Positions 56,420 through 56,484 of a DNA stretch of 56,484 nt are shown here, piece by piece (positions within the stretch are counted from its first letter, which is position 1; every line of letters starts with the position of its first letter). The position numbers and the translations under genes are program-made. This DNA comes from Candidatus Acetothermia bacterium. GTDB lineage: Bacteria; Bipolaricaulota; Bipolaricaulia; M55B111. The DNA lies in the NCBI GenBank assembly GCA_046543285.1, contig JBKGZS010000002.1, positions 1 to 56,484 of the forward strand, given 5' to 3'. The notes beneath the pieces are model-generated. The model was not told the DNA's origin. It was given only the letters and a program-made list of their open reading frames with translations, and searched no databases.

Positions 56420-56484
56420 AGAAATTTCGGTTAATGGGGTAGTTCAGGCAGTGGGTTTTCGGCCCTTTGTCTACAGAATAGCCG
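56400..56484 (+). CDS. hypF: Carbamoyltransferase HypF, N-terminal fragment (runs off the window)
   Basis: ATG 56400 overlaps the hypA 3' end. MSKVVAKEISVNGVVQAVGFRPFVYRIA matches the acylphosphatase-like start of HypF. Confidence 0.7.
   Translation, partial: MSKVVAKEISVNGVVQAVGFRPFVYRIA

Noticed and set aside
1-56484. CRISPR arrays, transposases, integrases, prophage or known defence genes.
   Set aside because: No regularly spaced repeats appear in any gap. Every long ORF has a housekeeping or envelope assignment. The single tRNA is not flanked by an integrase or direct repeats.

Overview
The window is a dense, mostly housekeeping stretch of a bacterial chromosome, with Shine-Dalgarno-led genes, frequent GTG/TTG starts, sigma-70-like promoters and TGA used as an ordinary stop.

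Gene content, left to right:
- mobB (partial) and tRNA-Ala.
- A long minus-strand array: SAM methyltransferase, fabI-like reductase, two tandem moeA genes (one fused to a PBP-like domain), moaA, moaB, a MOSC gene, moaC, polA, ruvC and yceD.
- A nucleoside-salvage cluster: cdd, adenine deaminase, pyrimidine-nucleoside phosphorylase and a BMP-family ABC importer.
- A small biotinyl/lipoyl-domain protein next to an orphan sucD, then ychF, tsaC, tpiA, htpX and purB.
- A membrane-anchored alpha/beta hydrolase, an alkaline-phosphatase-family protein, type-2 ileS, purA, pspA and rplM.
- About 14 kb that separates rplM from rpsI. It holds a secreted PKD-domain protein, a secreted two-HKD PLD-like protein, wecB, uvrC, uvrA, a GT4 glycosyltransferase, a large PlsC-like acyltransferase and rsmA.
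- rpsI, rpmE, a DUF1385 gene, proC, gntR-nagB, hypA and the start of hypF.

I found no rRNA, CRISPR array, transposase, integrase, phage genes or recognisable defence genes.

No clearly novel multi-gene system stands out. The items most worth a second look are:
1. An attenuator- or riboswitch-like leader with four alternately complementary segments upstream of the alpha/beta hydrolase (27.83-28.13 kb).
2. A 713-aa secreted PKD protein with an internally duplicated two-part module, next to a secreted PLD.
3. The split rplM/rpsI pair.
4. Several ORF-poor gaps in an otherwise compact region. One looks like a decayed Mug/TDG-like glycosylase. Another has two same-frame hydrophobic ORFs separated by clustered in-frame TGAs.
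5. A tRNA-Ala that reads C at position 33.

All calls come from reading the sequence and the ORF track. No database search was run.
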